Below, in pieces: positions 1-13,852 of a DNA stretch of 64,000 nucleotides (position 1 is its first letter; each line of letters starts with the position of its first letter). The stretch is from positions 26,226,001-26,290,000 of the forward strand of contig NC_042997.1 in assembly GCF_006345805.1 (NCBI RefSeq). Reading direction: 5' to 3'. The notes under the pieces are model-generated. The model searched no databases and was not told the DNA's origin. It saw only the letters and a program-made list of their open reading frames with translations. The translations under genes and the position numbers were made by a program. This DNA comes from Octopus sinensis (lineage: Eukaryota).

Positions 1-702
1 GAAGAAACAATTTTTGGGTATATCTATCCAAAATATCCCAATACCACCGACGGATGGAAACTCCTTTTCATAAAACAACGGAATTCAATAATAGACTTAG
101 ATGGAGTGTTTTCTATTTCTTATATCTCTTCTAAATAATATATTGATATATTTCTTGTCTTGGTGTATTTATTGTGTTATATGTATTTATTATGTTGATG
201 TAAATCTTAACTATAGGAGGATTATCTAAATTTTGTCTTGTTTAAACCAAGTTATATAATATGTATATATGAGAGAGGGAGAGAGATTTTGTATCCATAT
301 ATGTATAAGCACACACAGATACACACTCAAATTTACATTAATTTAAAATAAAGATTTATTTAACAAATAAGTAATCTCAAACGAGGTTTGTTCCTCAAGA
401 AAAAAAAAATCCGAACTGGTGAAAATGATTTGTTTTTCAATCCGTTCTTAACTACGAAAACTAATTTGTAAAAGATCTTTATTTTGTTCAATACAGAAGA
501 ATGCATTAGCTCCGCATCTTCTTTGGAGAAAATGTTTAACGTCAGATTCTCGATGAACTCCACCTGCACGTTTGTTGTTGATAGCATCATATGTATATAT
601 TTGTATATGCATTTGCATGTAATTTGTGGGCTGCAGAAAAGAAAATGGCTGTTAGTAGTTAGTACAGAAATGGCAAAATCTGCCTTCGTAAGCTTTACTT
701 AC

Positions 703-838
703 AGGCAAACTGCTCTCTTTAGTTCGCAAAAGTTTAAATAAGTGACTCCATCAGTTCCACATATCTTAAATAAAATAAGTATCACACACACTGGGCATTT
801 TTCTTGTTTAGATGGAGCTGCTGTATTCAGAACGGCTC
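703..838 (-). CDS. Kazal-type inhibitor gene A, exon 2: (G)AVLNTAAPSKQEKCPVCVILILFKICGTDGVTYLNFCELKRAVC(L)
   Basis: Acceptor ttctattaccAG|G at 840-839; donor CT|GTAAGT at 702. The 136-nt phase-1/phase-2 exon is open and carries the Kazal signature CGTDGVTYxNxCxLxxAxC. Confidence 0.9.
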
Positions 839-982
839 CTGGTAATAGAAAAGAACTCATTTGTACATTTTAAATTATAAAAATAAATATAAAAATGCAA
901 TACAAATATTTTGGCCTCTATCATAATATATACATGTTCCGCTATATTTTAAGGTATCTTGTTGAAGGTATATATCTTTTAT

Positions 983-1229
983 CTTTTACTTGTTTCATTC
1001 GTTAGACTGTGCCGATGCTGGAGCACCGCCATGGGTTTAGTCGAATGAATCAACCCCCAGTACTTAGTTTTTAAGGCTGGTAATTATTCTATCGGCCTCT
1101 TTTGCCGAACAGCCAAGTTATGGGAACATAAACATACCAAAACTGGTTGTCAATCGGCGGTGGAAGACAGATACAGACACAAAGATACACATATACAGAT
1201 ATATATATATTATATATATATATATAGTG

Positions 1230-1303
<74 letters not shown>

Positions 1304-1481
1304 TATATACATGACAGGTTTCTTTCAGTTTCCGTCTAACAAATCCACAAATCCACTCACAAGGCTTTGGTCGGCCCGAGGCTATAGGAGAAGACAAGTG
1401 CCCATGGATACCACGCACTGAGACTGAACCCTGGACCATATGGCCTGGAAGCAAGCTTCTTACCTCACAGCTATATCTGCC
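983..1481 (-). mobile_element. tRNA-derived SINE family C (CORE-like domain, internal microsatellite)
   Basis: Homologous to 4707, 5878 and others; tail actgaaacaagtaaaag. Confidence 0.8.
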
Positions 1482-1959
1482 TATTTTCATGGCAGGTGAA
1501 TGAAATTGCGCGGCATCCTTTCTTTTCTTAAAAATATCAAGGTTGTATGAAGATGAAAATGAAGTAGCTTCTGGTGAAATTCGAAAAAGTAACACATATA
1601 TAAGCAACACAGACCATGAAATATTGAAGAGAATGTATATGTAATAAAACTTATTGATGTATATTATGATAAAGAAACTGATGGGAATTCATTCGATTGT
1701 ACTCCACTTTCCGTCGACCCATTGTGTATGAGTTCTAATATCGTTATATTAGAACCTTTGCATAGTGGATCAATTAGAGAATTCACTCATTCATTCTTCC
1801 TCAGAAATTCATGCTCAACCAATCAACCTTTCAATAATAAAACAACAAAATAAAACAGTCATATTTAGTTGTGTCACAAAAATCAACTAACAAAGAAAAT
1901 ATTGTTTATATCTAAAGACAATGCAATTAAACAATATTTAATGCATTTAGTAAGTAAAG

Positions 1960-2660
1960 TATTCATTTGCCAAGAAGGCTGAGGGTGTCTTGGCATCACT
2001 TACCAAGTCCCTTGTGAGCCGCTCTCCGGCTATCTATCTGAGGCTTTATACAGCTATGGTGTGGCCTCACCTGGAATTTGCATCACCAGTCTGGAAGCCC
2101 TATCTTACCCAGGATATTAATCGTCTGGAAACCGTTCAGCGACGTGCAACCAAGAGAATACCCTCCATCAGGCATTTGCCATATTCTGAACGCCTTACTT
2201 CCCTGGGCATGGATACATTGAAACTCCGACGTCTGGCAGCTGACTTGGCAGACACCCATAAAATTATTAACCATCTTTCTAACAATAACTCTGAGCTCCT
2301 TTTCAAACTCCACCTGTCTAACACCCGTGGACAAAGTCAGAAAACAGCACAGCTCCCATGACTTTCAGAAACATTTTTTCACGCTAAGAGTTGCTGAAGC
2401 GTGGAACAAACTGCCGGCATCAGTTGTTAGTTATCGGAGTACTGCATCCTTCAAAACTTTCATGCTTCCTGAGATTCGCCAACACTACACCAGTTTTTCT
2501 CCCCTCCATACACACGCAAGCATGTATCTGACTCATACACTGTTCACTCCCCAGACATTTGTACATTACTGCATATGCTCTATACGCACTTTTGACAAGT
2601 TGTGGTGCATCTGAGCACTGTAAACAATAATTTCATTATATATTATTATTGTTATTATTT
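1960..2660 (+). mobile_element. CR1/L2-clade LINE 3' fragment
   Basis: LYTAMVWPHLEFASPVW...LETVQRRATK...YSERL...RRLAADL, then FFTLRVAEAWNKLP; short (ATT)-rich tail. Confidence 0.85.
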
Positions 2661-4706
2661 GCAGGATAAAAATGATTTCAAATAGAGAATATATTTATTC
2701 AAATAGAGAACTATTTCTATCTCAATTCTGTTGCAATTATGATATATTTTGTTGAATAAACCACCGTAGCTCTTGAAATAAAAATTATAAATTACTGAAT
2801 AGACGTGACACTTCAGCCAGTGTTATGGGCTAAATAACAATTACCTATCGATTAACATTCAGTCTATTGTAAACCACAAAATTTGTAGGATACTATCAAC
2901 GATAGAAATCATTTTAAGCATTGTTTCCTTTTTAAATACATTGTTCATGAATGTACCGGTGCAACATGCCTGAAAGTCGTCAATTCTCTCTATGCCTTCT
3001 TCAAACTGGAACTAAGGTTCGGAAATCGAAAAACATTTTTTATTTATTTTTATGACAGAATATGAAGAAGATATTGTAAATGAGAAATATCTAGCATACG
3101 AATCAATCGACTAAAACAGAGTGTATATTTATCTCATACTATCTTCTTATAATGCAGTTGTATATTTCACAAAACATACTTATATTGTGATTAGTAGGTC
3201 AGTGCAAGAACGTGGGATTTAAGTTACACGTATATCGGTAGATTTATAACAAGGATGAGCAAACGGGAAAGTTGTGTGGGCGGTCAATACGAAGAGCATA
3301 TGATAAAAGATATATAAAAAAAAGTGACAATATTGATTAACAAACTAACTAAAGAGTGTCAACTCAAGCCACGTTACTCGTAAATATCTAAATGCTTATT
3401 CAGTCAGTTTTCGAGTTCATCTAATGAACAGATTTATGTTCTTTTAAATAAAGGGTCAGAAATGCGGTATTAGATACTTGTCCAATATGTATTTCTATTT
3501 TGTAATGGAGTGTCTTTCTACAATTTAGGAGTTAAGAGTACTTGTGAATTTTGGAAGTTACTTTGTAAGCGTTCTGATTGTCTCTCGTGTAATTGTTGCA
3601 TCGTTCATCGAATGTATAAGTCTTCGCTTTATGAAGGTAATTTTTAAACAATATTAGCCCTTCAGTTATAGTTGTAGATCGTTGTCTAGTAATTCATTCT
3701 CTGATATGACTGGCCTTTCTTCGAACTGAGTGGGCAGATTTCTTCTCTGTTGTTGAGTTGCATAGAATATGATTATTTCTTAAAGTATATCCACGACTTG
3801 TTACTGTGAGAGAGTGCTCAGGCCTCCAAAGAGAGTAGCTTAATTGATTTTCCATCTGATTCATCGCATTATGATTGGTTGATACAAATCTTATTTTCGT
3901 TAATCTCTTTCATTTTATATCTCTTTTGTTCTGCCATTAATTCCGACACTGACTTGCTGGCAACAGTAATTCGTGGCTTACATATTTGACCCCGCTTCAC
4001 CTTGTGACGCTCACATGCTCCGGAAAATATGCTGTATAGCACCTAGCAGACAATATCTTTCGGAATTTCGTTTCCATGTATCAATCCATTGCAATAGAAA
4101 ATGGGACCTGTTTCATGGCTTTGCCTGTGGTATACTGTGCATATGTAGCGCACATCTAGGCTGTAAAGCTGAGGGAAATTTATAGAAAATTTATTTCAGT
4201 TACTGGCTGCTTTTTAGATTCGTTAATAAGTGTGCGGCGATCAGTTATGTAGATACAAGAAGAACCACTCTACTTTCTGGAGCGATATTTGGTACTTGCT
4301 ATGATCAGATGTATTTTTCGACGTCTCTGATCGCAGATGTTTCTATAGATCTTAATTAAGCCGTAAAACTAAAGTGTGAAGAAACAGTATGATGGAAAAC
4401 TTTTATATGTTTATATGAGAATTATGTGTAAGTCACATTGCAAGTAAGAGTTATTGTGTACAGAACCCGCTTATTTAATCCACAGGTACAGATTATTCTC
4501 ATCTGCATCTTTTTAACATAGTACAGTAATATGCTTCAAGTTGACATTTGTTTAAATAATGCATGCTATGAGCAACGGGGGCGCAAGGGCAAATCCTTGT
4601 TGGTTTCCAAATGTCCCAGTACCCTGACTGCTTGCGATCAAGAATAAAGGGTTTCAAGCAGTCATAGAAATTAGCTCTCACTCCCATTGCTGAGTGCTTC
4701 ATCATA

Positions 4707-4875
4707 GGCGTAGGAGTGGCTGTATGGTAAGTATCTTGTTTACGAACCACATGGTTCCGGGTTCAGTCTCACTGTGTGGAACCTTGGGCAAGTGTCTTCT
4801 ACTATAGCCTCGGGCCGACCAAAGACTTGTGAGTGGATTTGGTAGACGGAAACTGAAAGAAGCCCATCGTGTATA

Positions 4876-4913
<38 letters not shown>

Positions 4914-5110
4914 TGAGTCTGTGTTTGTCCCCACAACATCTCTTGACAACTGATGCTGGTGTGTTTACGTCCCCGTAACTTAGCGGTTCTGCAAAAAAAC
5001 GATAGAATGAGTACTAGGCTTACAAAGAATAAGTCCTGGGATCGATTTGCTCGACTTAAGGCGGTGCTCCAGCATGGCCACAGTCACATGACTGAAACAA
5101 GTAAAAGAGA
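4707..5110 (+). mobile_element. SINE family C
   Basis: ggcgtaggagtggctgt...ggttccgggttcagtc head; ccttgggcaagtgtctt; internal (TG)n. Confidence 0.85.
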
Positions 5111-5295
5111 AAATAGGTCGTTTGTATTGCACAATAAAAGGATTTGATGAAGTTGGTGAAAACAGCATCCACACATGAGCTACGTAAAACAATATAGAAT
5201 ATACATAACCGTATAAAAACATATAAAACGACATAAAATGTGAGTGCTCCTGCTAATTGAAAATAACGAAGCAAAACATTTTGGAAAGTACATAC

Positions 5296-5332
5296 CTGAA
5301 AGGAGAAGCAGTAAAACGACAACAGGAGACAT
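5296..5332 (-). CDS. Kazal gene A, exon 1 (signal peptide MSPVVVLLLLLS-G)
   Basis: ATG at 5332, 12 mostly hydrophobic codons plus G, then GTATGT donor. Same 37-nt length and phase as the paralogous exon at 11414; joins in frame to exon 838-703. Confidence 0.82.
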
Positions 5333-5369
5333 ACTTCTGCTAAAATAAGATAAAAATACTATAACAGGA

Positions 5370-5376
5370 TTTTATA
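5370..5376 (-). promoter_or_regulatory. Candidate TATA box (TATAAAA) for Kazal gene A
   Basis: TATAAAA about 38 nt upstream of the ATG on the - strand. Alternatively ttattttAG just before the ATG is an acceptor for an unseen 5' UTR exon. Confidence 0.35.
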
Positions 5377-5877
5377 GATGCAGATAAGTACCTATCTGTG
5401 AGTATGCTTATGTGTAAGTGTGCGCATGTATGTGTATATTTGTACGCGTCTATGTGTATGTGTCATTATTTAGGTGTGTATGTGAGTTTGTGTATTTGTG
5501 TGTGTTTATGAATTTGTGTATCTGTGTATTTGTGCGTGCGTGCATGTGTGTGAGTGTCAATTGCCCCCAGAAGTATGTGAAATGTCCCATATGCTTAAAT
5601 CGATTGCTTGAAATGGTAGTGGTGGTGGTGGGACTTCATGGTCGTGGTTCTAGTGGAGATGATGGTGATAGTGTTGATGGTGGTCGCTGTCGTCGTTGTC
5701 CTAGAGGTGATGGAAGCGGTAGGGGCAGAGGTAAACGACGGTGGCATGATTTTTTACGTTGTCATTGAAGCTAACCACAGATTAGCTCTGACAGAGCAAA
5801 CTTATAATCAAGGACTTTCCAGTTGAAACCCTCCCGTCTATGAGGGAGTTATCCCAAGAGTAATATACATACACATA

Positions 5878-6036
5878 GGCGTAGGAGTGGCTCTGTGGTA
5901 AGTAGCTTGCTTACCAACCACATGGTTCCGGGTTCAGTCCCACTGCGTGGCACCTGCGGGCTCACCAAAGCCTTGTGAGTGGATTTGGTAGACGGAAACT
6001 GAAAGAAGCCTGCCGTATATATATATATATATGTGT

Positions 6037-6080
<44 letters not shown>

Positions 6081-6283
6081 TGTGTGTCTGCGTTTGTTCC
6101 CCTAGCATTGCTTGACAACCGATGCTGGTGTCTCCCCGTAACTTAGTGGGTCGGCAAAAGAGACCGATAGAATAAGTACTAAGCTTACAAAGGATAAGTC
6201 CTGGGGGTCGATTTGCTCGATTAAAGGCGGTGCTCCAGCATGGCCACAGTCACATGACTGAAACAGGTAAAAGAATAAAAGAA
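5878..6283 (+). mobile_element. SINE family C
   Basis: Same head, body and tail as 4707. Confidence 0.85.
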
Positions 6284-6807
6284 CAATACATAAAACACTT
6301 TCCTCGGTTGTTTCTGTGATGAATCGTTTCTTGCAGTTTTAGTGATAGATCAAGCCTTTGACTAAAATGGTTCTTTCATTCTGGTGCGGCTTCCTTGTTC
6401 AGATCACCAACGAAAGGGTTACTCCTCATTTATACACGGAACGAAGAATCAGCAGTGGTGTGAACTCCTGAGATTTTGATAGCAGTCTTGAACTATTAAT
6501 GACTGGGAAATACTTGTACTCAGAAATGTGCCTGTAACTGCATTGTCAGTTCGAAGATTCCACATGATCTATACATTCCAATGAACAAATTTATATGCGT
6601 GTTTATGTGCGCATGTATGTGTGTATCTATCTCTGTATCTCTGTATCTCTGTGCCTGTGTTTAATCAAAAACACGACCGTGTTCAAGTTTTATATTTCTT
6701 ACTTTATATTTTTCATATTTTCTTATCTTTTACTGTTAGTTTGGAACAGTAGACCTCCTAGATCCATATCCGACGTTTTTAGACATTCATACCCTCATCG
6801 AGAGTTG

Positions 6808-6808
6808 A

Positions 6809-6878
<70 letters not shown>

Positions 6879-6882
6879 ATTA

Positions 6883-6927
<45 letters not shown>

Positions 6928-7025
6928 ATATATTATATATATATATATATATATTATAATATATATATATACACTCACACACAACGCACGAAATCCTCGG
7001 ACAGAGTCACTCGGTACTTCTGCTA

Positions 7026-7092
<67 letters not shown>
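6808..7092. repeat. (TA)n-rich microsatellite block, one of more than 25 in the window
   Basis: Directly visible. Confidence 0.95.
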
Positions 7093-7094
<2 letters not shown>

Positions 7095-7344
7095 AAAGAG
7101 GGTTTGAAAATGCAGAGCTCTTTTAAAGGTGTTTATTAAATTGACCGGTTTCACTTTTTTGAAAAGAAGATTATCAAAAGTAAAATGTAAAGCTTTGTAT
7201 AAGCTTTGCTGTGTTAAGAAATGGTTATCATAGTTGTATTAAAATACAGTTATACAATCTTTGATAATGATAAGAAAATAGAATCTTTGACAATGATAGG
7301 AAAATGTTAAGAGGGGGCTTTATGCTTAAGCAGTTTACTCTTTT

Positions 7345-7719
7345 ACTCTTTTACTTGTTTCAGTCATTTGACTGCGGCCATGCTGGAGCACCGCCTTTTA
7401 GTCGAGCAAATCGACCCCGGGACTTATTCTTTGTAAGCCCAGTACTTATTCTATCGGTCTCTTTTGCCGAACCGCTAAGTGACGGGGACGTAAACACACC
7501 AGCATGACAAACACAGCACAAAACAACACCACATATACATATATATATTACATATATACGACAGGCTTCTTTCAGTTTCCGTCTACCAAATCCACTCACA
7601 AGGCATTGGTCAGCCCGGGGCTATAGCAGAAGGCACTTGCCAAGATGCCACGCAGTGGGACTGAACCCGGAACCATGTGGTTGGTTAGCAAGCTACTTAC
7701 CACACAGCCACTCCTGCGC
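7345..7719 (-). mobile_element. SINE family C
   Basis: Same head, body and tail as 4707. Confidence 0.85.
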
Positions 7720-7722
7720 TTA

Positions 7723-7760
<38 letters not shown>

Positions 7761-9069
7761 GCAAATATTATTAATTGATAATGAAGGGTTCTATTTGTAG
7801 CAGCAGTATGCTAAAAGTAGCAGTCAGAAATGACTCAAAGCCTGTTTTCACTTGTACATGATGGTCAAATCGGGGAACGAGAAAAAATTGTAAGATTGTT
7901 ATCATAGCTGTGATGTCACCCGTGTGGTGAAGCATTGCTTTTCTGTATCCCAGTATCGAAGAAGATGCTACTCAGCGATTCGAATCTCTGTAGTATTGGC
8001 TCCAGCGTTACAACATACAGAAGAAACACAGGAAATTTGGCGTATTGACCGTACTATACAAATTAGTTCCTTGTAGGCGGTTGTTTAGTTTAACCACTAT
8101 ACAGAAGCTACTGTACATTGTGAGCGATCTAACCTCCGAGGTGACGACCGAAGTGCACTGTATTTAGAAAAACCCTAGGTAACAATGCCGACATAGATGT
8201 ACGCTTTAGATTAATCTAAATAGATCAGAGACCCAATGAAGCCAAATCTATTGCCGACTTTCTACGCGATGTATTGTATGACATGAAGATTTTAATGAGA
8301 AATCCGCCGTAGATCAAACAGCTTTGTGTTTTTTCGACTGTACTATTGAAGAAAAATGCCAATGTTTTGACCGGTTCTTTCACCAAACGCTTTAATTTTT
8401 TTACTTAGAAGAACTATGAGCCTGAAGTTCTTTACACGTTCCTGTCTTGCCGATCCTTCCTCATCAGTGCCACCATTTCTCGGTTTGGGCAACTTGAAAT
8501 CATCCCTATCGGCTACTAGTCGCAATAAACAGCTTCCAATCAATGGTGAAGAAATCCATCACGCAGAAATAATATTCGTATGGCAGATACCCAGTTCCTG
8601 TGATTTTTCCCATCGCAGAATACTACATCACACCTGATGCCTTTTCTGCAAAAATCGGTTTTTCACAGCATTTTCGACGGGCAACAAATGCTTAGAAGTT
8701 TACTTCTTGTTTGACTCTCCCTGCAAACAGTTCAGCTATGTGTGATTGAAACGCTGAAAGCATCTGGTTGGAATTGAATACCACGCGACCGCTGCAGTAC
8801 ATAAAATTCACACCGCACTTCCACCATCCTGAATTTTGGAATGGTTTTCGCTTCATGATGCCTAAGAGCATACTCCCCTGTAGTAACATCGAGAACATAA
8901 TCGAGTGTCACAAACTCATCGTAACCGATGCTTTTTCTATTTGTCTCTTACATTTGAATCTCTGATTTCTGTTACTAAATACGACTTTACTAAAACTGAT
9001 AGATTTTGCTCTAATTTTTGTTTTCAGTAACCTACCGAATGTCATTCACAGCTGCATCAGTAAATTAAG

Positions 9070-9400
9070 GGGTAAAGACCCCCTTCGGTCATGAATGACC
9101 ATGGGATTGCACCTAGAAAGTTACCCTCCTAGACACAAGTCCGGGCAAGGTTGTTTATGGAAGACCAGCAGTCGCCCATGCATACCAGCCTCCCCTCTCC
9201 ACGCCACCAGTGTTATCCAAGGGAAAGACAAAGGTCGATACAGCTTGGCACCTGTAACGTCGCAACTCATTTCTACAGCTGAGTGAACTGGAGCAACGTG
9301 AAATAAAGTGCTTTGCTCAAGAGCACAACACGCAGCCCGGACCGGGATTCGAGCTCACAACCTCACGATCGTAAGCTCGACGCTCTAAGCACTGAGCCAT
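9070..9400 (-). mobile_element. tRNA-derived CORE-like SINE family B (tail 2)
   Basis: A box TGGCTCAGTG, B-box-like gagctcgaatcc, cttgagcaaagcactttatttcacgttgctcc; near-identical to 24138. Confidence 0.85.
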
Positions 9401-10164
9401 AATTACCTCTTAACTAATTCACCTATATTTCTCCGTGCCAGGGAATATGCATTCAGTTTCCAGTACCCGGACCTTATTTTTAGGTTTTGTCAAAATCGGC
9501 AAAGCAGATCATGCTTTTATATCTTTGTAGTCACCTAATCGAAACTGTAAACAACTGACATCATCCCTTAAAAGAAACAGAGATGTAAACCTTGTTGTTG
9601 TCGAGGAAGTAAACGAGCGAGCGAGTGCGTCTCGGAAATAACTTGTAACTGACGAGTTTTCAGCCAGTGTCTAGCTTCAACACGGACACCCAAGTCGCGT
9701 GTATTTTGAGCATCCAGTTATTGCGAAACACCAACCTGTTTCAACTGTTTGTAATCCAAGCATTTAGGACTGTTTGTTCAGGAATCATCCGATATGCCTT
9801 CCAAGCGTTTTCATCTAGGGCTTCGTTCTAAATTCCCTCACGACCCGTGAGGACGCTTCAAAAGCTTTGTGATTTACAATATCATTATCAGAATTCTGTT
9901 TTCAATAGGAATTCATTTGTTCCTGCTTTATCTCTAGTAATGCCAATGTGTTGTTGAATGAACTCATAAACTTGCCTGGTGATATAAGCTGTCTCTGTGT
10001 CGTTTCTTTCTGCATCTTCAGCTGTTTCTTGTGGTTGTTGTAGCTACTGGGGTAGCTATCATATTAATGTTGCTATGGATCTTGCTTTCTGCTTCTCTTT
10101 GAAAATGCTAATGCTGATATTGCGGTTGTTGTTGTTGTCGTAGTTTTTTCTGAAGCTATTGATA

Positions 10165-10428
10165 TGCTTCTATTGTGAAAGGTAGGAGAGTCCAGTTTGC
10201 TGGACATTGTTGTAGAGCTGAAAACGAGGCAATTTCTCCTCTTCTCCTCTGGAAGCCATCTACTCGCAATACCAGAGGGCGCACACTCTCCTACCCTGAT
10301 GTAATCTCCAGGGATACAGGCATCCAGCAACAGGACCTCCGTAATGCCATGATGGACCGTGAAGTCTGGCGTAGCATGGTAAATTCCATTGTCTCGACCA
10401 CGATCGAACAATGATGATGATGATGATG
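10165..10428 (+). mobile_element. RTE-clade LINE 3' fragment
   Basis: RRVQFAGHCCR...RGRTLSYPDVISRDTG...AMMDREVWR, then (TGA)n tail. Confidence 0.8.
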
Positions 10429-11086
10429 TTATAGGTAAATTAGCTAACTTGTTCGCTTCACCACGGTCTTTCGCTTGTCTGTTGTTCTTTTAAGAGATTG
10501 GTGGCTTATAAGTGAGGTGGGGGATCTAACAGAATGTTTATCTTCCACACTGTATTTCAACGTCAACCTCTGACACTTCCTTGACACTCCTGCTACCCGA
10601 AAAATCGGAAAATTTTCAAGGTCATATTATTGCGTGCCTGAGTTTGTACGAATGTTATTTTGTTTTGCAAAGCATTTTGTTGTGGATTCCTTCGTGGAAT
10701 GTGGCTTTTTTTTTGGTTTTTGTCTTTTTCGCTAAACTAAGGTCGCTGTTATTACTGTTGTGTATTTCGTTATGAGAACGAAACGTTTAATAACAATAGA
10801 ACAAAATGCAGCCGTATATCAATTCAAAAATCTGAAATATTTCAGAATTATCACACTCACCTCCACCCATATATCCAGCAGCACATGCATGAAATCAAAT
10901 GTTTGTGCGTGTATATGTACCTGTAATTGTTTTTATGTATGTATGTATGTATGTATGTATGTATGTATGTATGTATGTATGTATGTACGTATGTATGTGT
11001 ATGTATGTATGTGTATGTATGTATATGTATGTATGTATATATGTATGTATGTATGTGTATGTATGTAATATGTGTGTATATATATA

Positions 11087-11134
<48 letters not shown>

Positions 11135-11203
11135 AAGCACATAATACATACATGCGCATGTATATATGTATAGTTGTGAATGTATAATCTATACATACAA
11201 CTT

Positions 11204-11267
<64 letters not shown>

Positions 11268-11413
11268 ATACGCATATAAACGTATAGTCATACACACCAA
11301 CACCCATATATTTTCACACGCACATACACGTACATGTAAAATAAGCACAATAAAATCTATGTAAATATGGGTATGTATCAGCCCATCACAGTTAGATCTT
11401 GTTCACAGAGAAA

Positions 11414-11450
11414 ATGTCAAAAGTTTTCCTCTTCGTTTTACTGCTATCAG
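11414..11450 (+). CDS. Kazal gene B, exon 1 (signal peptide MSKVFLFVLLLS-G)
   Basis: aaaATG, 12 codons plus G, donor CAG|GTAAGG. 37 nt, phase 1, paralogous to 5332-5296. Confidence 0.82.
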
Positions 11451-11706
11451 GTAAGGAATTTTTATATTATTTCTTTAAAGTTGGTTTTATCTCGTCTTTT
11501 AAAGCATGTCTTTTGGTAATTCTATCTGTATGCCTTCGATTAACCTATCATCGCTTAGCACCTCTGAACTGAAAATATGAAATACATTCAGGTGTTCATC
11601 ATATCCTCATTATTTCAACTGTCTTCTTCTATAGCGCCAGGTCTACTAATGCTTTTCAAGGGAATTTGGTAGATGAAAATTATGTGATAGACATTTGTAT
11701 ATAATA

Positions 11707-12108
11707 GGCGCAGGCGTAGCTATGTGGTAAGTAGTTTGCTTTCGAACCACATGGTTCCGTGTTCAGTCCCACTGCGTGGCATCTTGGGCAAGTGTCTTCT
11801 ATTATAGCCTCGGGCCGACCAAAGCCTTATGAGTGGATTTAGTAGACAGAAACTGAAAGAAGCCCGTCGTGTGTGTATGTATGTATGTATGTATGTATGT
11901 ATGTATGTATGTATGTATATGCTTGTGTATCTGTGTTTGTACCCCCTCCACCATCACTTGACAACCGATGTCGGTGTGTTTACGTCCGCGTAAAAAGAGT
12001 GATAGAATATCACTTACAAAGAATAATTCCTGGGGTCAATTCGTTCGACTAAAGGCGGCGCTCCAGCATGCCCACAGTCAAATGACTGAAACAAGTAAAA
12101 GAATAAAA
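11707..12108 (+). mobile_element. SINE family C
   Basis: Same as 4707; internal (TATG)n. Confidence 0.85.
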
Positions 12109-12130
12109 GAATATATATATATATATATAT

Positions 12131-12747
12131 ATTATATAAAAGGGCTTAGTAAAATAAATTACTTTGCCGCATACTGAACTCATTAGAAATAGCAGCTAAA
12201 AAACTTTTTTAAAGCTATTTCTAATACTTAAAGAAAATCTCTCTCATATATAGTGTTTGCTTAATTCAACTCACAAAAGTTTGGGGGTAAGGACATCGAA
12301 AAATCAAATGCTAAGGTTATTTGAGAACGTACGTTTCAAGATTAGTCAAAACAACACTTCTATCATCAGCTCAGAAATTCCTTGGTTTGGATTTGGAAAC
12401 ACTGAAAATAAGAACATACCCTTTCGAAGATCTGCTCGTAACTAACAGTGCCAACAAATTCAAATAAGCAAGCGAAGAATCTCTGTTCTCCCCTTTCCAC
12501 CAGCGTGGGTTAAAATCATCAAACACTATGCTTATTTCGGTAAAATCCGAAGCATTAATCAGAGGGAGATTAATTATAATTTCAACAATTGAGGGCAACT
12601 TTTGTGAGTTGAATTAAGCAAACACTATATATGAGAGAGATTTTCTTTAAGTATTAGAAATAGCTTTAAAAAAGTTTTTTAGCTGCTATTTCTAATGAGT
12701 TCAGTATGCGGCAAAGTAATTTATTTTACTAAGCCCTTTTATATAAT
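12131..12747. mobile_element. MITE-like or foldback element with 151-bp perfect inverted repeats
   Basis: 12131-12281 is the reverse complement of 12597-12747; 315-bp core. Confidence 0.8.
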
Positions 12748-12840
12748 GTAATAATTTGAATTCGCCTTGAATGGTCCCTTTGCATACTGAACACTTGGTG
12801 AAATTGATTAATAATTAATTAATTTTGCCCTCAATTGTTG

Positions 12841-12879
<39 letters not shown>

Positions 12880-12930
12880 ATATATATGTATGTATGTATG
12901 TATGTATATGTATGTATGTATATATGTATG

Positions 12931-12995
<65 letters not shown>

Positions 12996-13007
12996 CACAC
13001 ACACACA

Positions 13008-13066
<59 letters not shown>

Positions 13067-13514
13067 CAGTGCACATTTAAACACATAAGAGGTATCTGTC
13101 ATAGGATTCCTAGCACGCTAGAAGGAACAGCCACAATCCGAACCACTATTAAGGATAAACATCGAAGGAAAGTAAAAATAAAAACATTTACCATCTATCT
13201 GCTGGATCATGGTTTCTGACATTTTTAGCAAATAAAATAATTTGCTAGGCGGAGTCTTCATATATATATATATATATGTGTGTGTATGTATGTGCATATA
13301 AGTATATCAAAATAAATATATATCCATATCTATGTGTGTGTATGGTATGTGTATGGTATGTGTATGTGTATGGTAGGTTGTATGTATGGATGTATGACTA
13401 TATAGACGCATGAGCACGTAAATGGTGTAAGGTGGAACTCGTGAATCTTCTTCCTTTCGATTGTGGATGGAAGCCCTCCGTCGGTTACGACGACGAGAGT
13501 TCCGGTTGATCCGA

Positions 13515-13852
13515 ATCAACGGAACAGCCTGCTCGTGAAATTAACCTGTAAGTGGCTGAGCACTCCACAGACACGTGTACCCTTAACGTAGTTCTCGGGG
13601 ATATTCAGCGTGACACAGAGAGTGACAAGGCCGGCCCTTTGAAATACAGGTACAACAAAAACAGGAAGTAAGAGTGAGAGAAAGTTGTGGTGAAAGAGTA
13701 CAGCAAGGATCACCACCATCCCTTGCCGGAGCCTCGTGGAGCTTTTAGGTGTTTTTGCTCAATAAACACTCACAACGCCCGGTCTGGGAATCGAAACCGC
13801 GATCCTATGACCGCGAGTCCGCTGCCCTAACCACTGGTCCATTGCGCCTCCA
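13515..13852 (-). mobile_element. tRNA-derived SINE family A (tail 1)
   Basis: Head ggaggcgcaatggaccagtggttagg...gtttcgattcc with A and B boxes; homologous to 30708 and 46378. Confidence 0.85.

Noticed and set aside
3330-4200. Possible degraded PLE or LINE coding remnant on the - strand (RGY- and IGQ-like words)
   Set aside because: Too many stops and frameshifts to assign a family by eye.
7140-7190. GAAACCGGTC half-hammerhead on the - strand; a similar remnant near 47735-47810
   Set aside because: The CUGANGA half is too degenerate or wrongly ordered; at best decayed PLE ends.
9300-9400. tRNA-like A/B-box sequences at SINE heads
   Set aside because: They continue into SINE bodies and lack a full cloverleaf; not tRNA genes.
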